Source: an uncultured Chloroflexia bacterium (GTDB taxonomy: Bacteria; Chloroflexota; UBA6077; JACCZL01). From it: a DNA stretch of 64,000 nt. Shown in pieces: positions 22,290 through 33,280 of this stretch. Every line of letters begins with the position of its first letter. The stretch's first letter is position 1. Under the pieces are notes generated by a model that was not told where the DNA came from, did no database searches, and was given only the letters and a program-made list of their open reading frames with translations. The position numbers and the translations under genes were made by a program. The DNA lies in the NCBI GenBank assembly GCA_963765765.1, contig CAVXYC010000032.1:32001-96000 (forward strand), written 5' to 3'.

Positions 22290-24171
22290 ATGATGCTGCA
22301 ATCGCCCGGACTACCTTACGTCGTCAATCCATACGCGTACGCCCGCCGCAAGACTCGGGAAGTCATGGTCGGCGATGTCGGCGTGGGCGGGGCCAACCCT
22401 ATCCGCGTTCAGTCCATGACCACCACGCGCACGCAGGATGTGGATGGCACGGCCGCTCAAGCGATCGCGCTGATTCGGGCCGGGTGCGAGATCGTGCGAA
22501 TCACCGCGCCGACTGTTCAAGATGCGCGAGCAATTGGCAAGTCGCGCGCGATCATTCGCGCGGCTGGCTATAAAACGCCGCTCGTGGCGGATATTCACTT
22601 CTCTCCTGAAGCGGCAATGGAAGCGGCCAATCACGTTGAGAAAGTACGCATCAACCCCGGTAATTACGCCGACTCACGCAAGTTCGCCATCCTGGAATAC
22701 ACCGACGCCGAGTATGAGGCTGAGCTGGAACGCATCCGTGAGCGGTTCTCGCCGCTCGTGAGACGTTGCAAAGAGCTTGGCATCTCTATGCGTGTGGGGA
22801 CGAATCACGGGTCGCTGTCCGATCGAATCATGAATCGATTCGGCGATACACCGCTTGGGATGGTGGAGTCGGCGCTGGAGTTCCTCCAGATCGCTCGCGA
22901 CGAAGGGTACCTCGACATCATCTTGTCGATGAAAGCGTCGAATCCCAAGGTCATGATCCAGGCCTATCGCCTGCTGGTCGCTCGGATGGATGCGCTCGGG
23001 TGGGACTATCCGCTGCACCTTGGCGTGACCGAGGCGGGCAACGGTGAAGATGGGCGCATCAAGTCCGCCGTTGGCATCGGCTCGCTCCTCGACGACGGGC
23101 TAGGCGATACGATTCGCGTGTCGCTCACGGAAGATCCCGTGGCAGAAGTGCCCGTGGCACAACGACTGGCGGGCTGGTACTCGGACCGCCCGGATGACGA
23201 GTCGGATGCCGCTGATGTCTGACCCGCGCGATCCCTACGAGTACACCCGACGGCTGTCCGATGAGGTTCACGTGGGCACAGTGTCGTTCGGAGGGCGCGA
23301 ACCCGCGGTCCTGATACATACCACGACTGACGGCGCCGCGGTCAGCGAGTCCATGGACACCAGCGGACAAGTACCGCCTCCGGATATCCTCCTCAACGTC
23401 CATAACCAAAGTGGGATGACATCGCCGCCACAACGGTTCGCGGGCGACTCGACAGAGCTCTCATCCGAGCAGATCGCGGCGCGGCCGTTCCTGCTCGTTT
23501 ACGAGCGTGATGACGATGACTTCGTCCGTGCGGTTGACGTGCTCCTAGGCTGGGCGAAGCAGTGTGAGCAGGACGGCCATACCTCGTTCGCATTGGGTTT
23601 TCGTCTAGGCTCGGTAGGTGCGACGATTCGTGCTGGTCGGCACTTGGCAGCCCGCCTTCACGAGAGCGGACGCGCCTATCCCATTCACGTCGTGTCGCCG
23701 CCGGCCGATACGTTTGGCGATCTGCAGCTTGGCGCATCCGTCGCGCTAGGATCATTGCTGTGTGACGGCATCGGAGATAGCGCGGAGATCCGTTGGTTGG
23801 ACGATACGGACGCTGTGCGGCTTGGTTTCAACATCCTGCAAGCAGCGAGTGCCCGAATCACCAAGACCGAGTACGTCGCCTGCCCGGGTTGTGGCCGAAC
23901 GCTCTTCGAGCTACAACCGACGACAGACCGCATCAAGTCCCGCACTGGTCATCTAGTGGGCGTGAAGATTGCAGTCATGGGCTGCATTGTCAATGGCCCA
24001 GGCGAGATGGCGGACGCCGACTTCGGCTACGTTGGCGGCGCTCCAGGCAAGGTGAACCTCTACGTTGGCAAAGAGTGCGTCGAACGTAATGTGCCCCAGT
24101 CAGACGCGGACGACCGTCTTATTGAGCTCATCAAGGCGCACGGCCGCTGGACGGAGCCTGCCAGGGTTTGA
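22290..24171 (+). CDS. ispG: HMBPP synthase, long form (frameshift ~23190)
   Basis: [24 protein letters not shown] in ORF 22290-23222; CPGCGRT and [11 protein letters not shown] in ORF 23194-24171. Confidence 0.93.
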
Positions 24172-24253
24172 TCGTGGCCTTTGAGGGTTCATCCGCGGAC
24201 GCGGGCCGTAAGTATCTCCGGAACGTATGACATACTGATTCTGGTGAACTGAA

Positions 24254-25621
24254 GTGGAAACGTCCTGGTTATTTGGGATCGCCTCCGTCCTGGTGCTGGT
24301 GCTGGCCAATGGATTCTTCGTGGCCACCGAATTTGCGATCGTCGCGGTCCGCGGCAGCCGGCTGGAGCAGTTAGCTCGCGAAGGTAGTGGCACGGCTCGG
24401 CTCGCTCGAAACATCGTTGAGCATCTCGACGCCTATATCGCCGCCTGCCAGCTCGGGATCACAATGACCTCCTTGGCGCTTGGCTGGATCGGTGAGCCAG
24501 CCCTGGCGGCCGTGATTGAGCCACCAATGGAGGCTCTCGTGGGAACCTTTGCTCCGGCCGCTTCCCATGCCGTCTCCACGGGAGTGGCCTTCGCCTTTAT
24601 CACTAGCTTGCACATTGTGATAGGTGAGCTAGCTCCAAAGGGCGTGGCCTTGCAGCGAACCGAAGCAACCACGCTCGCAGTGGCACGTCCGATCCATCTC
24701 TTTTACGTCATATTCCGCTGGCCCGTGACGCTCCTGAACAACGTGGGTAATGGCGTGCTGCGGATCTTTGGCATGGCTCCGGCGTCGGGCCACGAGATGG
24801 TGCACAAGGTTGAGGAGCTACGTCTGTTGGTGCTCAGCAGCCAGATGGCCGGTGAAGTGGAAGCATCAGAGGCGCGCATCGCATCACGAGCGTTCTCATT
24901 TGCTGACTTGACCGCCGAGGAGCTGATGACGCCGCGCACGGAGATCGAAGCGATCCCTGTCGATGCCACTCCGGCGCAGCTACTGGAACGGATCACATCG
25001 ACGCGCCACACCCGAGTTCCGGTCTTTGAGGGCTCACTGGACCGAATCGTTGGTGTGTTACTGGCGCGAGACCTTCTGCCCTTCCTCACTGCGAGGCGAC
25101 CGCTGCCACCACTCGAACGACTCATGCACCCGCCGGTGATCGTCTTCGCAAGCTGGCGTGCCGACACCATCCTTGACCAGATGCGGACAGGTCCGCACCG
25201 TCTCGCGGTGGTTCAGGACGAGTACGGCGGCACCGCTGGTATCGTCACGTTCGAAGATTTGGTGGAAGCGCTTATTGGTCCAATCGCTGAGGAGTCCGCT
25301 CGGGGTAACCTTGCGGCTCTGGACGACTCACAGCCCGACCGAAACGTCCCTCAAGTCATCGATGGTCTGACCCGTCTGGCTGAGTGGGAGGAGCTCGCAG
25401 GCGTCACGCTGCCTGAGGAAGATCACGAAGCCGTTGATACGCTTGGCGGCCTGGTCATGACCCGCCTCGGCCGCATCCCGGAGGTGGGAGACAAGGTTGA
25501 GGTCGATGGACTCACTCTGCGAGTCGAGGAGCTGGACGGTCGACGGGTTGCGCTGGTGAGGATGGAAGCATCTCCTGAGAGAGAGGCGACCAGTCCGGTC
25601 AGTGAGTCCACCGAGCACTAG
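24254..25621 (+). CDS. HlyC/CorC (CNNM-CBS) family membrane protein
   Basis: NGFFVATEFA, CQLGIT, GELAPK, MTPR, DEYGGTAGIVTFED. Confidence 0.93.
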   Translation: METSWLFGIASVLVLVLANGFFVATEFAIVAVRGSRLEQLAREGSGTARLARNIVEHLDAYIAACQLGITMTSLALGWIGEPALAAVIEPPMEALVGTFAPAASHAVSTGVAFAFITSLHIVIGELAPKGVALQRTEATTLAVARPIHLFYVIFRWPVTLLNNVGNGVLRIFGMAPASGHEMVHKVEELRLLVLSSQMAGEVEASEARIASRAFSFADLTAEELMTPRTEIEAIPVDATPAQLLERITSTRHTRVPVFEGSLDRIVGVLLARDLLPFLTARRPLPPLERLMHPPVIVFASWRADTILDQMRTGPHRLAVVQDEYGGTAGIVTFEDLVEALIGPIAEESARGNLAALDDSQPDRNVPQVIDGLTRLAEWEELAGVTLPEEDHEAVDTLGGLVMTRLGRIPEVGDKVEVDGLTLRVEELDGRRVALVRMEASPEREATSPVSESTEH

Positions 25622-25634
25622 GGGCGCGAGCTCG

Positions 25635-26594
25635 CTACATCTTCAGCAGTCGTTTCACATTCCCGTGCAGAATTTTGTTCCTATCCTCAGAGCTGAGTGG
25701 AATGCCTTCCATCCACTCGGTGCCGGGTGGATTCTCCACAAACGGATAATCGATGGAGAATAGGATCCGATCGATGCCCATCTCCATCATGCTGCACAGC
25801 ACGGCGGACGTGGAAAAGTTACCGCTGGTGGTAATCCAGAAGTGCTCGCAGAACGTGTCCTTGAACGCCATGGGCATGTTGCCGGGGCGAGAAAATGAGT
25901 GATCGATGCGCCACAGTGAGAATGGCAGCCCCTCGCCCAGATGGCCCAGGATGATCTTGAGGCGCGGGTAGGCTTCGAACACGCCGCTGAGGACCATGCG
26001 GATCGCCTGCGTGGCGGTCTCCACAGTGAAGCCCCATCCCGCCGTGTTGATCTGCGGGAAGTCCTTGACATAGTCACCGTAATAGAGCTCGGTTACCGTC
26101 GGATGCGGCGTTGCCGGATGGAGGTAAATCGGAACGTCCAGCTCCTGGGCGCGTTCGCAGATGGGCCAGAAGCGCCTGTCATCGAAGAACACGCCGTTGG
26201 TCAAACCGTGCACCATGGCGCCCTTCAGCCCGAGCTTCGTCACGGCCCGCTCCAGCTCATCAGCGGCCGCCTTCGGATCTGGCGTGGGCAGCGCCGCGAA
26301 GCCCGCAAACCGATCCGGCCGTCCATCGATGGTGGCTTTCAGGCGATCGTTGGCTCCGCGCGCCATTCGTACGGCGGTTTCGGGATCCATTCGTTGAGTT
26401 GATGGCGCTCCATGGGAAAGCACCTGAACGTCGATGCCACCCTCGTCCATCTCCTTCAGTCGGAACTCACCAACGTCGTCAAGTCGCTCGCGAATGCGCG
26501 CCGGCTGGCGATCGTTGCCATAGCTCGCGGCGACTTCCGGATCGTAGTAGTGCTCTTCCAGCGCAATCACCAATCGGCCATCTTTCGTAGCCAT
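25635..26594 (-). CDS. Amidohydrolase-family decarboxylase (gamma-resorcylate/2,3-DHBA decarboxylase-like)
   Basis: IALEEH, PIYLHP, ILGHLGEGLP, ITTSGNF, LFSIDYPF. Confidence 0.88.
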   Translation of the reverse strand: MATKDGRLVIALEEHYYDPEVAASYGNDRQPARIRERLDDVGEFRLKEMDEGGIDVQVLSHGAPSTQRMDPETAVRMARGANDRLKATIDGRPDRFAGFAALPTPDPKAAADELERAVTKLGLKGAMVHGLTNGVFFDDRRFWPICERAQELDVPIYLHPATPHPTVTELYYGDYVKDFPQINTAGWGFTVETATQAIRMVLSGVFEAYPRLKIILGHLGEGLPFSLWRIDHSFSRPGNMPMAFKDTFCEHFWITTSGNFSTSAVLCSMMEMGIDRILFSIDYPFVENPPGTEWMEGIPLSSEDRNKILHGNVKRLLKM

Positions 26595-26693
26595 GCGCTT
26601 TCCCTCCCTGGGCGTACAGTCGTGGGTTGGGGTACTGTAACAGGAGCCCGAAGATTCACTCGGGCTCCTTTCAGCAACCATGTGGAGTAAATC

Positions 26694-27173
26694 ATGCTCG
26701 ACTACACGATGAAGCGGCTGGACGGGCAGGAAGAGAACCTCAAAAATTACAAGGGTAAGGTCCTTCTGCTGGTCAATGTGGCGAGCCAGTGCGGTCTCAC
26801 GCCTCAGTACAGTGGCCTTCAGGCGCTTTATGCCGAGTACAAGGATCAGGGGTTCGAAGTTCTTGGCTTTCCCGCCAACAACTTTGGCGCACAGGAGCCT
26901 GGGAGTGACTCGCAGATCGCGCAGTTCTGCGAGACCAATTACGGTGTAACGTTCCCGCTGTTCTCAAAGATCAGTGTCAAGGGCGCTGATAAGCACCCTC
27001 TTTATTCGGAGCTCACATCCATGCCCGCGCCAATTGGCGGGGAGGTGGAGTGGAACTTCCAGAAGTATCTTGTGAACCGTGAGGGCGAGGTGGTCGCTCG
27101 GTTCGCCCCTCCCACCACGCCGAGCGATCCCGCATTGGTGGGGAAGATCGAAGAGCTGCTAGTGGCGAAGTGA
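26694..27173 (+). CDS. Glutathione peroxidase (Cys type)
   Basis: VNVASQCGLTPQY, LGFPANNFGAQEPG, WNFQKYL. Confidence 0.95.
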   Translation: MLDYTMKRLDGQEENLKNYKGKVLLLVNVASQCGLTPQYSGLQALYAEYKDQGFEVLGFPANNFGAQEPGSDSQIAQFCETNYGVTFPLFSKISVKGADKHPLYSELTSMPAPIGGEVEWNFQKYLVNREGEVVARFAPPTTPSDPALVGKIEELLVAK

Positions 27174-27255
27174 ATCGCGCCTCACGGGGCATGCACGGGA
27201 TGAGGCTCTCATGACGCTGCTTTTCAGGAGCCGGACACCACCGCGCGGGCTGTAA

Positions 27256-28047
27256 TCAAAGCCGCTGAAGGAGCGCTGGAAGCTCTACTACTGAGCCAAT
27301 CTCCGTGACTGGACAAGGCCCGACTTGCTGGGGCAGCGGGCGACCAGATGGATTGATCCAAATCGGACGAATCCCGGATCGAACCGCTCCGAGCACGTCT
27401 CGGAGCGGGTTGTCCCCCACCATCAGTGTCTCGTGCGGCGTTGATTGTAGCTGCCGTAGGGCGAAGCCGAACACATCAACGCAGGGCTTTCCCATACGAA
27501 GGTCTCCGGAGATGGCGACTGCCTGGAAAAAGGCGCCGAGTCCGGTATGTGCCAGCTTGTCAAACTGAAGGTCGGACGGACCGTTGGTGACCAGGCCGAT
27601 TTTGAAATCTGGCGAGAGCTCAGTGAGCACTCGATCAGATTCCGGAATGAGCGAATGGTGCCGCCGTCGATGGGTTCGGTAGATGTCTGTCATCTCGCAA
27701 GTCAGGTTCGGATCCTCGATCCCCAGATCACGAAGGACCTCTCGCCAGACTGCTTGCTGATACGTCGGCAACCATGCCTGTAGCTTGCTGAGATCACGAT
27801 GCCAGCCTGGACGCGTGGAGCATAGACCTTCCATTGCGCTGATCCCCAGCGCATGGCAGAGCGGGTGGGTGGGGCTGGCCCACCAGATTGATGTGGCATG
27901 CTGGCGAGCGAGTGATGCCAGGGCCGCAACGTCACATTCGTACCGATCCGCGGCAGGTCTGGCGGCGGCGCACAGCGCGCTCTCCACCGAGGCGTGCTCA
28001 ATGAGCAGCGTATCGTCAAGGTCGAAGAGGACTGTTGTAATCGGCAT
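27256..28047 (-). CDS. HAD-family hydrolase
   Basis: FDLDDTL, LVTNG, GKP, MVGDNPLRDVLGA. Confidence 0.9.
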   Translation of the reverse strand: MPITTVLFDLDDTLLIEHASVESALCAAARPAADRYECDVAALASLARQHATSIWWASPTHPLCHALGISAMEGLCSTRPGWHRDLSKLQAWLPTYQQAVWREVLRDLGIEDPNLTCEMTDIYRTHRRRHHSLIPESDRVLTELSPDFKIGLVTNGPSDLQFDKLAHTGLGAFFQAVAISGDLRMGKPCVDVFGFALRQLQSTPHETLMVGDNPLRDVLGAVRSGIRPIWINPSGRPLPQQVGPCPVTEIGSVVELPALLQRL

Positions 28048-28112
28048 GCGCGAACGATCCAGGATTCACCCCCGAAATTTCAATGTGACGGGAGCCCTCT
28101 GCTACGTCAGAC

Positions 28113-29570
28113 TCAGCGAACGCCCACTTCGTGACGTTCTCCTTTGTACGTTGAATGAGCGAGGCGCTCGATGAGCGGCAGATGGATGACGAACGTACTT
28201 CCGTGGCCTAGCGAGCTGCTTACCGAAACGCTGCCACCATGCGACTCCGTAATGCGGTTGACAATAGCCAGGCCCAGGCCGGTACCCCCAGGCCCCATGC
28301 CCGCGCGACCCTCCACGCGATAAAAGCGATGGAAGATGTAGGGTAGCTCTTCGTCAGGGATCCCGTGGCCATTGTCGCGAACCTCAATGACACAGTTGGG
28401 CCCATCCGAGCGAACCGTCACGTCCACTTCGCCGCCGTCTGGTGTGTACTTGAGCGCATTCTCCACAAGATTGCCGCACGCTTGAACCAGGCGGTGGTGG
28501 TCCGCCATGACCCATGCGTCCGATCCGATCCTGAGCTCCAGGTGCATGGACCTGGAGGCGGCCTCGGCGGACCATTCTGAGACAACTTGCTCTACCACGG
28601 CGCGAATCGAAGTGGGTTCTAGTGTGAGCGAAAGTCCGCCAGTCTCCAGGCGTGCCAGCTCCAGCAGGTCGTCGGCGAGCCGACCGAGGCGCCCCGTGTG
28701 TGCCACGAGTCCATCGACCAGGCGATGTCTCAGCGGCGGATTCTGATCAGCCCCTTGCTCCAGGGCGACTGCGGCGGTCTGCATAGCTCCAGCCAGTGAG
28801 TGCAGCTCATGGGAGATGTCTGAAGCGAATTCTCGGCGAGCCGTCTCGAGTTCGCGAAGTCTCGCGGACATATCGTTGAAGGCGTTGACCAGCAGGCCAA
28901 CCTCGTCGCGCGAGCTGGCTGTAACGTGTTGATCTAGATCTCCCTTCGCGAGCCCCTGGGCCGCCTGGCTCAGCGCACGCACCGGAGTCGTGATCGCTGA
29001 GGCGAACCAGGCAGCCACAATGCCGGCGATGGCGGCCGTAGCGGCGGCTCCCAGGGCAATGCCGAGATAGAGCTGGGAGATGGTTTGATCGATGTCTTGA
29101 AGCTGATACGCCAGTCGGATGGCTCCGACGATCTCCCCGTCATGCTGGATTGGCATGGCCACGTAGAGCACCTCACTCTGAGGGCCAAGTCTCGGGAAGA
29201 CGCCACGGTTCTCCTCACCCGTGAGAGCCCTGCTCAAACCGGTCTGGAGCTCGGCGGCGCGGCCAATGTCCCGCGGATCTGAATCGACCTCTCCCAGCAC
29301 TTCCCCGTGGCGATCGATGATCAGCGAGCGAGCTCCAATGGCCTCGTCGATCGTCATCAGGGCGTGCTTGATATTCTGCTCGTTGTCTGTTGCAACGTCT
29401 TCGGCCACGAGGCTGGCTACGACGGCAGCTTGCCCCTTAAGGTCCAACGAGAGACGATCGAGCAGGAGACGCTCGAGAGTGTTCGCCACAACCGCGGCGA
29501 ATGCCACCACCGCGACAAGAGTCAGACCACCGAATGTCAGGATGAGCCGAGCGCGAAGGCTACTGGCCAT
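28113..29570 (-). CDS. Membrane sensor histidine kinase (HAMP)
   Basis: DISHELH, NLVENALKY, DNGHGI, GTGLGL. Confidence 0.93.
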   Translation of the reverse strand: MASSLRARLILTFGGLTLVAVVAFAAVVANTLERLLLDRLSLDLKGQAAVVASLVAEDVATDNEQNIKHALMTIDEAIGARSLIIDRHGEVLGEVDSDPRDIGRAAELQTGLSRALTGEENRGVFPRLGPQSEVLYVAMPIQHDGEIVGAIRLAYQLQDIDQTISQLYLGIALGAAATAAIAGIVAAWFASAITTPVRALSQAAQGLAKGDLDQHVTASSRDEVGLLVNAFNDMSARLRELETARREFASDISHELHSLAGAMQTAAVALEQGADQNPPLRHRLVDGLVAHTGRLGRLADDLLELARLETGGLSLTLEPTSIRAVVEQVVSEWSAEAASRSMHLELRIGSDAWVMADHHRLVQACGNLVENALKYTPDGGEVDVTVRSDGPNCVIEVRDNGHGIPDEELPYIFHRFYRVEGRAGMGPGGTGLGLAIVNRITESHGGSVSVSSSLGHGSTFVIHLPLIERLAHSTYKGERHEVGVR

Positions 29571-30294
29571 CGAGTGAGGGATCAAGTCTATACCCGACGC
29601 CGCGGACCGTCTGGAGATATTGCGGGCGTTCCGGGTCGGGCTCGATCTTCTTTCGAATAGCGTGAATGTACACGTCAAGTGCGCGCTCATCACCGTAGAA
29701 GTCAGGGCCCCAGATCGTATCTATCAGGAAGCGGCGGGTCACGACGTGGCCGGGCCGCTCTACGAGCAGCATGAGTAGGTCGAACTCACGCGCTGAGAGA
29801 TAAACCGGAACTCCACGGACGGTCACGGCACGAGCGTCGCGGTCGATCTGCAGCTCGCCGAGCATGGTGACTCCTAGTGGCAATCCGCCTCGACCCGTTT
29901 GAACACGTCGCAAGGCCGCCCGTACTCGGGCAAGAAGCTCGGTGGAGACGAACGGCTTGGTCACGTAGTCGTCGGCTCCAGAGTCAAGGCCAATGACCTT
30001 ATCCGCGTCCTGTCGACGTGCCGTGAGCATGATGATTGGCCCGGCCCAATCGATTCGCATGCGACGGCATACCTCGACGCCGCCCAGGTCCGGTAGGCCT
30101 ACGTCAAGCAGGACGAGGTCTGGCGACCAGCGGCGCATCAGGCCAAGCGCCTCCGACGCCGTGCCGGCCACCGTCACATCGTAGCCTTCTTGCTTGAGCA
30201 GGAATCCTAACGAGTCGGTGAGAAGTGTGTCGTCGTCAACAACGATGATTCGCGCGGGCATGCGTCCATCTCGAACTGGTTGAGCCGTGCTCAC
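29560..30294 (-). CDS. OmpR-family response regulator
   Basis: VVDDD, LLDVGLP, GADDYVTKPF, TVRGVGY. Confidence 0.95.
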   Translation of the reverse strand: MSTAQPVRDGRMPARIIVVDDDTLLTDSLGFLLKQEGYDVTVAGTASEALGLMRRWSPDLVLLDVGLPDLGGVEVCRRMRIDWAGPIIMLTARRQDADKVIGLDSGADDYVTKPFVSTELLARVRAALRRVQTGRGGLPLGVTMLGELQIDRDARAVTVRGVPVYLSAREFDLLMLLVERPGHVVTRRFLIDTIWGPDFYGDERALDVYIHAIRKKIEPDPERPQYLQTVRGVGYRLDPSLDGQ

Positions 30295-30361
30295 GGTTGA
30301 AGTCTACGCCCTGGGACGGACCAGGATCGTTGTTGTTTCCTTAAAGAACAAAAGCCTCTGT

Positions 30362-30488
30362 TAGCCATCACAGGGACCGCACCCCGGACCTTCCCAGCCG
30401 CCGCGGAGCGTGCGTGTTTAGGAACAATGAAGAATACGGCTCGCTCCGCAGCAGCGGGGAGGACCCGGGTGATGCCCATTCGCAGCTA
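30362..30488 (-). ncRNA. Long irregular hairpin upstream of the two-component operon
   Basis: GCUGCUGCGGAGCG/CGCUCCGCGGCGGC 14-bp core with G-U pairs only on the minus strand, extended by outer stems. Confidence 0.4.
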
Positions 30489-30760
30489 GTGCCTCGCCGT
30501 CTTGCAAAACTCGCGGCTTCCCATGAGCCCCTGAGAATGCACATTTCAGCGTTACCCTGACGGCGCTTGGGGCGCCGTCAATGAGCATCGAGAATGTTGG
30601 TGATAAGCCGGTCACGATGACCACGGGCAGCGTGAATGGAGGTGGAACAGCCGAGCCGCATCCCGTCAGGTGCGGTCCTCTCACCGCCATCCACGCACAC
30701 AACCGGGGATATCGAGAAGGACCGATCCTGGAGGGATGCGGCTCTGCTGGTCAGTGGCTG

Positions 30761-32701
30761 CTACTGCTTCTCGAAGGCGAACCTCATGTCCGTATTCGGA
30801 AGCTGTGCAGGCCGCGCAACGCCATTCGGCTGGTTGTTGTCATACTGCAGGTAAAACGGGCTGTTAGCCATGTCCGCACTGAGATCGCCCGGTAGTCCCT
30901 GGCCGGTGATGACTGTCCGGAACCAGTCGGCCAGGAGGATACGCTCCGTACAGCGACAGCTCGTCTGGTAGTGCATGATCGATCGCTGGAACCGCTGGTA
31001 GATGAACCCGCCATTGCTGGGGTCCGCCTGCGGTTTCGAGGTGGGCACGCCCCAGATCTCGAGGTTCAGAAGCGGCAGGAGGCTGGCATTACCGCCACCG
31101 CCGGGGAACGCCATCGCCAGGTCCACCGTTCCCATGAAGCGATCGAAGAAGCGCACCGGTTGTCCATTGAACTCGTTGGGAGCGTTTCGCCGAGTGAACT
31201 CGACCACGTCGGTTGCGTACGTCGGGCTGCCGACCTGTGGAGCCGAGCCGGTCAGCGATGGATCGCTCGCGGGGAATGTGGAGCCGTTTACGCGGGTGGC
31301 GGGCATGATGTCTCCCTGGAGGAGGTTCATGGAGCCCACGCTTCCATCCGGACGAAGCTGCAGGATGTGACCCTGGAAGAACTGCACCGTGAAGCCCATG
31401 AACGTGAACTCACGCGAGATGGGGTAGCCAAAGCTATTCTGGCGGCCGCGCAGGTTGTAGTACTCCCAGAATCGATCGTTGCTAATCCGGAAGCCGGTGT
31501 TGGAGAAGTAGCGCTCATCGTGAGGGACGTTGCCGGCCGGTGCCGGTGGTTGTGGCCCGCGGGTCGCTGTCGCGGCTGGTGTCGCCGTGGCGGTGCCGCC
31601 AAGTGCCACCTTTGCGCCGCGGATATCGCGATCGCCGCCACGCGCATCCTGCCAGACCAGCGTAGAGCCTGTTAGAGCAGGCGCGTCCTGGTCGCTTCCA
31701 TCGTCTTGGATGCGGAAATCTGCTCCGCCATTGACCAGGTCGTACGCGTAAATATTGCGGTCGCCATCCCGCGCGTCCCACCAGGCAACGAGTGTCTGAG
31801 AGATGACAGGGTTTCCCCGTTTGCCCGCGCGGGTGCTGCTGATCTGATTTGGTGAACGGGTGGTGGTGTCGTAGAGATAGATGCCGGCGTCTTGCGGGTC
31901 GTCAGCGGAACCGCCGGATCGGAAGACGATGTACTTGCCACTGACCGATGGCTCATACGCTGAGCTGACACCGTCAATCTGCTGCAATGAGCCCGATGAC
32001 AGATCCTTGTACCAAATCCGACCGCCGTCTCGATTATCTTCCCAGGCCACCAGATTGCCGTCGATCCTCGGTCGGGTCTGTTGACCGTCGCCTTCCTGGA
32101 CAACTGACTCCTCCCGATCGTCCAGGTCGTACATGCGAATGTCGGCTGTGCTGCCTCGGCCGTCCTGCCAGACGATTTTTCGCCCCGAGATTGCGGGATT
32201 GTAATGAGATCCACCGGACTCAATGCGACGGACGTACTCGCGCTCCACAAGGTCGTAGACCACCAGGTCAAGATCACCCTTGGGCGTCTGCTCGACCCAG
32301 ACGGCGACATTACCGGAGACCGACGGCGCCACGGCGTTGACCTCTGGAGGAAGTCGCTTTGAGTCCTCCTCCGATAGGTTTCGCGCGCGGATGTCCGCAA
32401 GCCAGTTGACCTGGACCGTGGCCCCAGGCGTTACCGTGGGCGTGCCCGGGCCGACCGTTGGCGTGGCCGTGGGGGACGGTTGGGTCCGTCGATAATCTTC
32501 CCACACGACCCAGTTGCCATCGATCTCGGGCGAGCGTTGATCGCCACCTCGATCGTCTACGACGAATTTCTCCACCCCCGGAGACGCTTGTGCACTGACC
32601 ATCGATCCATCGGAGTCGACGGTCAGAAGTGTCGCGGCGCCAATAACCAATCCGCCGCCCAACAATTGGACTAGTCTTGCAGACTGTCCTCGAGATCGCA
32701 T
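30761..32701 (-). CDS. Secreted beta-propeller repeat protein with C-terminal Chloroflexi-type surface domain
   Basis: AGGAG RBS, signal-like segment, repeated P.ISG..VVWxDxR.G..DIY units, PT-rich linkers, RYFSNTGF...FGYPIS...VQFFQ. Confidence 0.8.
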   Translation of the reverse strand: MRSRGQSARLVQLLGGGLVIGAATLLTVDSDGSMVSAQASPGVEKFVVDDRGGDQRSPEIDGNWVVWEDYRRTQPSPTATPTVGPGTPTVTPGATVQVNWLADIRARNLSEEDSKRLPPEVNAVAPSVSGNVAVWVEQTPKGDLDLVVYDLVEREYVRRIESGGSHYNPAISGRKIVWQDGRGSTADIRMYDLDDREESVVQEGDGQQTRPRIDGNLVAWEDNRDGGRIWYKDLSSGSLQQIDGVSSAYEPSVSGKYIVFRSGGSADDPQDAGIYLYDTTTRSPNQISSTRAGKRGNPVISQTLVAWWDARDGDRNIYAYDLVNGGADFRIQDDGSDQDAPALTGSTLVWQDARGGDRDIRGAKVALGGTATATPAATATRGPQPPAPAGNVPHDERYFSNTGFRISNDRFWEYYNLRGRQNSFGYPISREFTFMGFTVQFFQGHILQLRPDGSVGSMNLLQGDIMPATRVNGSTFPASDPSLTGSAPQVGSPTYATDVVEFTRRNAPNEFNGQPVRFFDRFMGTVDLAMAFPGGGGNASLLPLLNLEIWGVPTSKPQADPSNGGFIYQRFQRSIMHYQTSCRCTERILLADWFRTVITGQGLPGDLSADMANSPFYLQYDNNQPNGVARPAQLPNTDMRFAFEKQ

Positions 32702-33058
32702 TTCCACTCCTGATTGCCGTGCCTCCGCGGCCGCGTCGCTGACGGAGGCTTTGCCGCCGGGCTGACACGCATGGCAATTGCTGATTCCAGAAACGGTGAA
32801 TCGCCAGGTGTGGTTGCGAATTTCCAACCATGCCCCGGGTAGCGACGTCCGGGTGTTATTGACCTTGTGACAGATTTGATTGACGCACACGGCGGCGTGA
32901 TATCGCTGTGATTTCCCAACGGCTCTGCGCAATGTTGCTGTGACCGCCTGCTGCCGAGAATGCAGACAGGCGGTGTCGGTCTGGGAGCAGCACACCGCAG
33001 CGACATCCGCGGATGGGTCTGCGCGTCGCATTCTGACAATCGGGGGCACCCTTTCATC

Positions 33059-33280
33059 ATGATGTGGGATAGGACACCGGTTCAGGACGAGCGCCGGGTG
33101 CGGGATTTCCTGAATTGGGAATACGGGCTGAGTGAGACGGCGGCCTCGCTTGCGCATAAACTGCGGGTGGATCGTCGCGTATGCCGGCGTGTGCTTGACA
33201 CCGCCGTGACAGAGGGGATTATCGAGCGCCGGGAATTCGAGGACATGGCGCCCATCTACGTTCGGTTTCCGGAACGATGA
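33059..33280 (+). CDS. Small winged-helix-like protein
   Basis: SETAASLAHKLRVDRRVCRRVLDTAVTEGIIERR; ATGA overlap with the next gene. Confidence 0.55.
   Translation: MMWDRTPVQDERRVRDFLNWEYGLSETAASLAHKLRVDRRVCRRVLDTAVTEGIIERREFEDMAPIYVRFPER

Noticed and set aside
22290-24171. Naturally split ispG
   Set aside because: The two ORFs overlap and join with one indel; the window has many similar errors.
26694-27173. Glutathione peroxidase as a selenoprotein
   Set aside because: The active-site codon is TGC (Cys).
30415-30530. c-di-GMP-II riboswitch-like words (GGAAGC..GGCACT; GGAACAATGAAGAAT)
   Set aside because: The required stems and pseudoknot partner are not in the right order or spacing.
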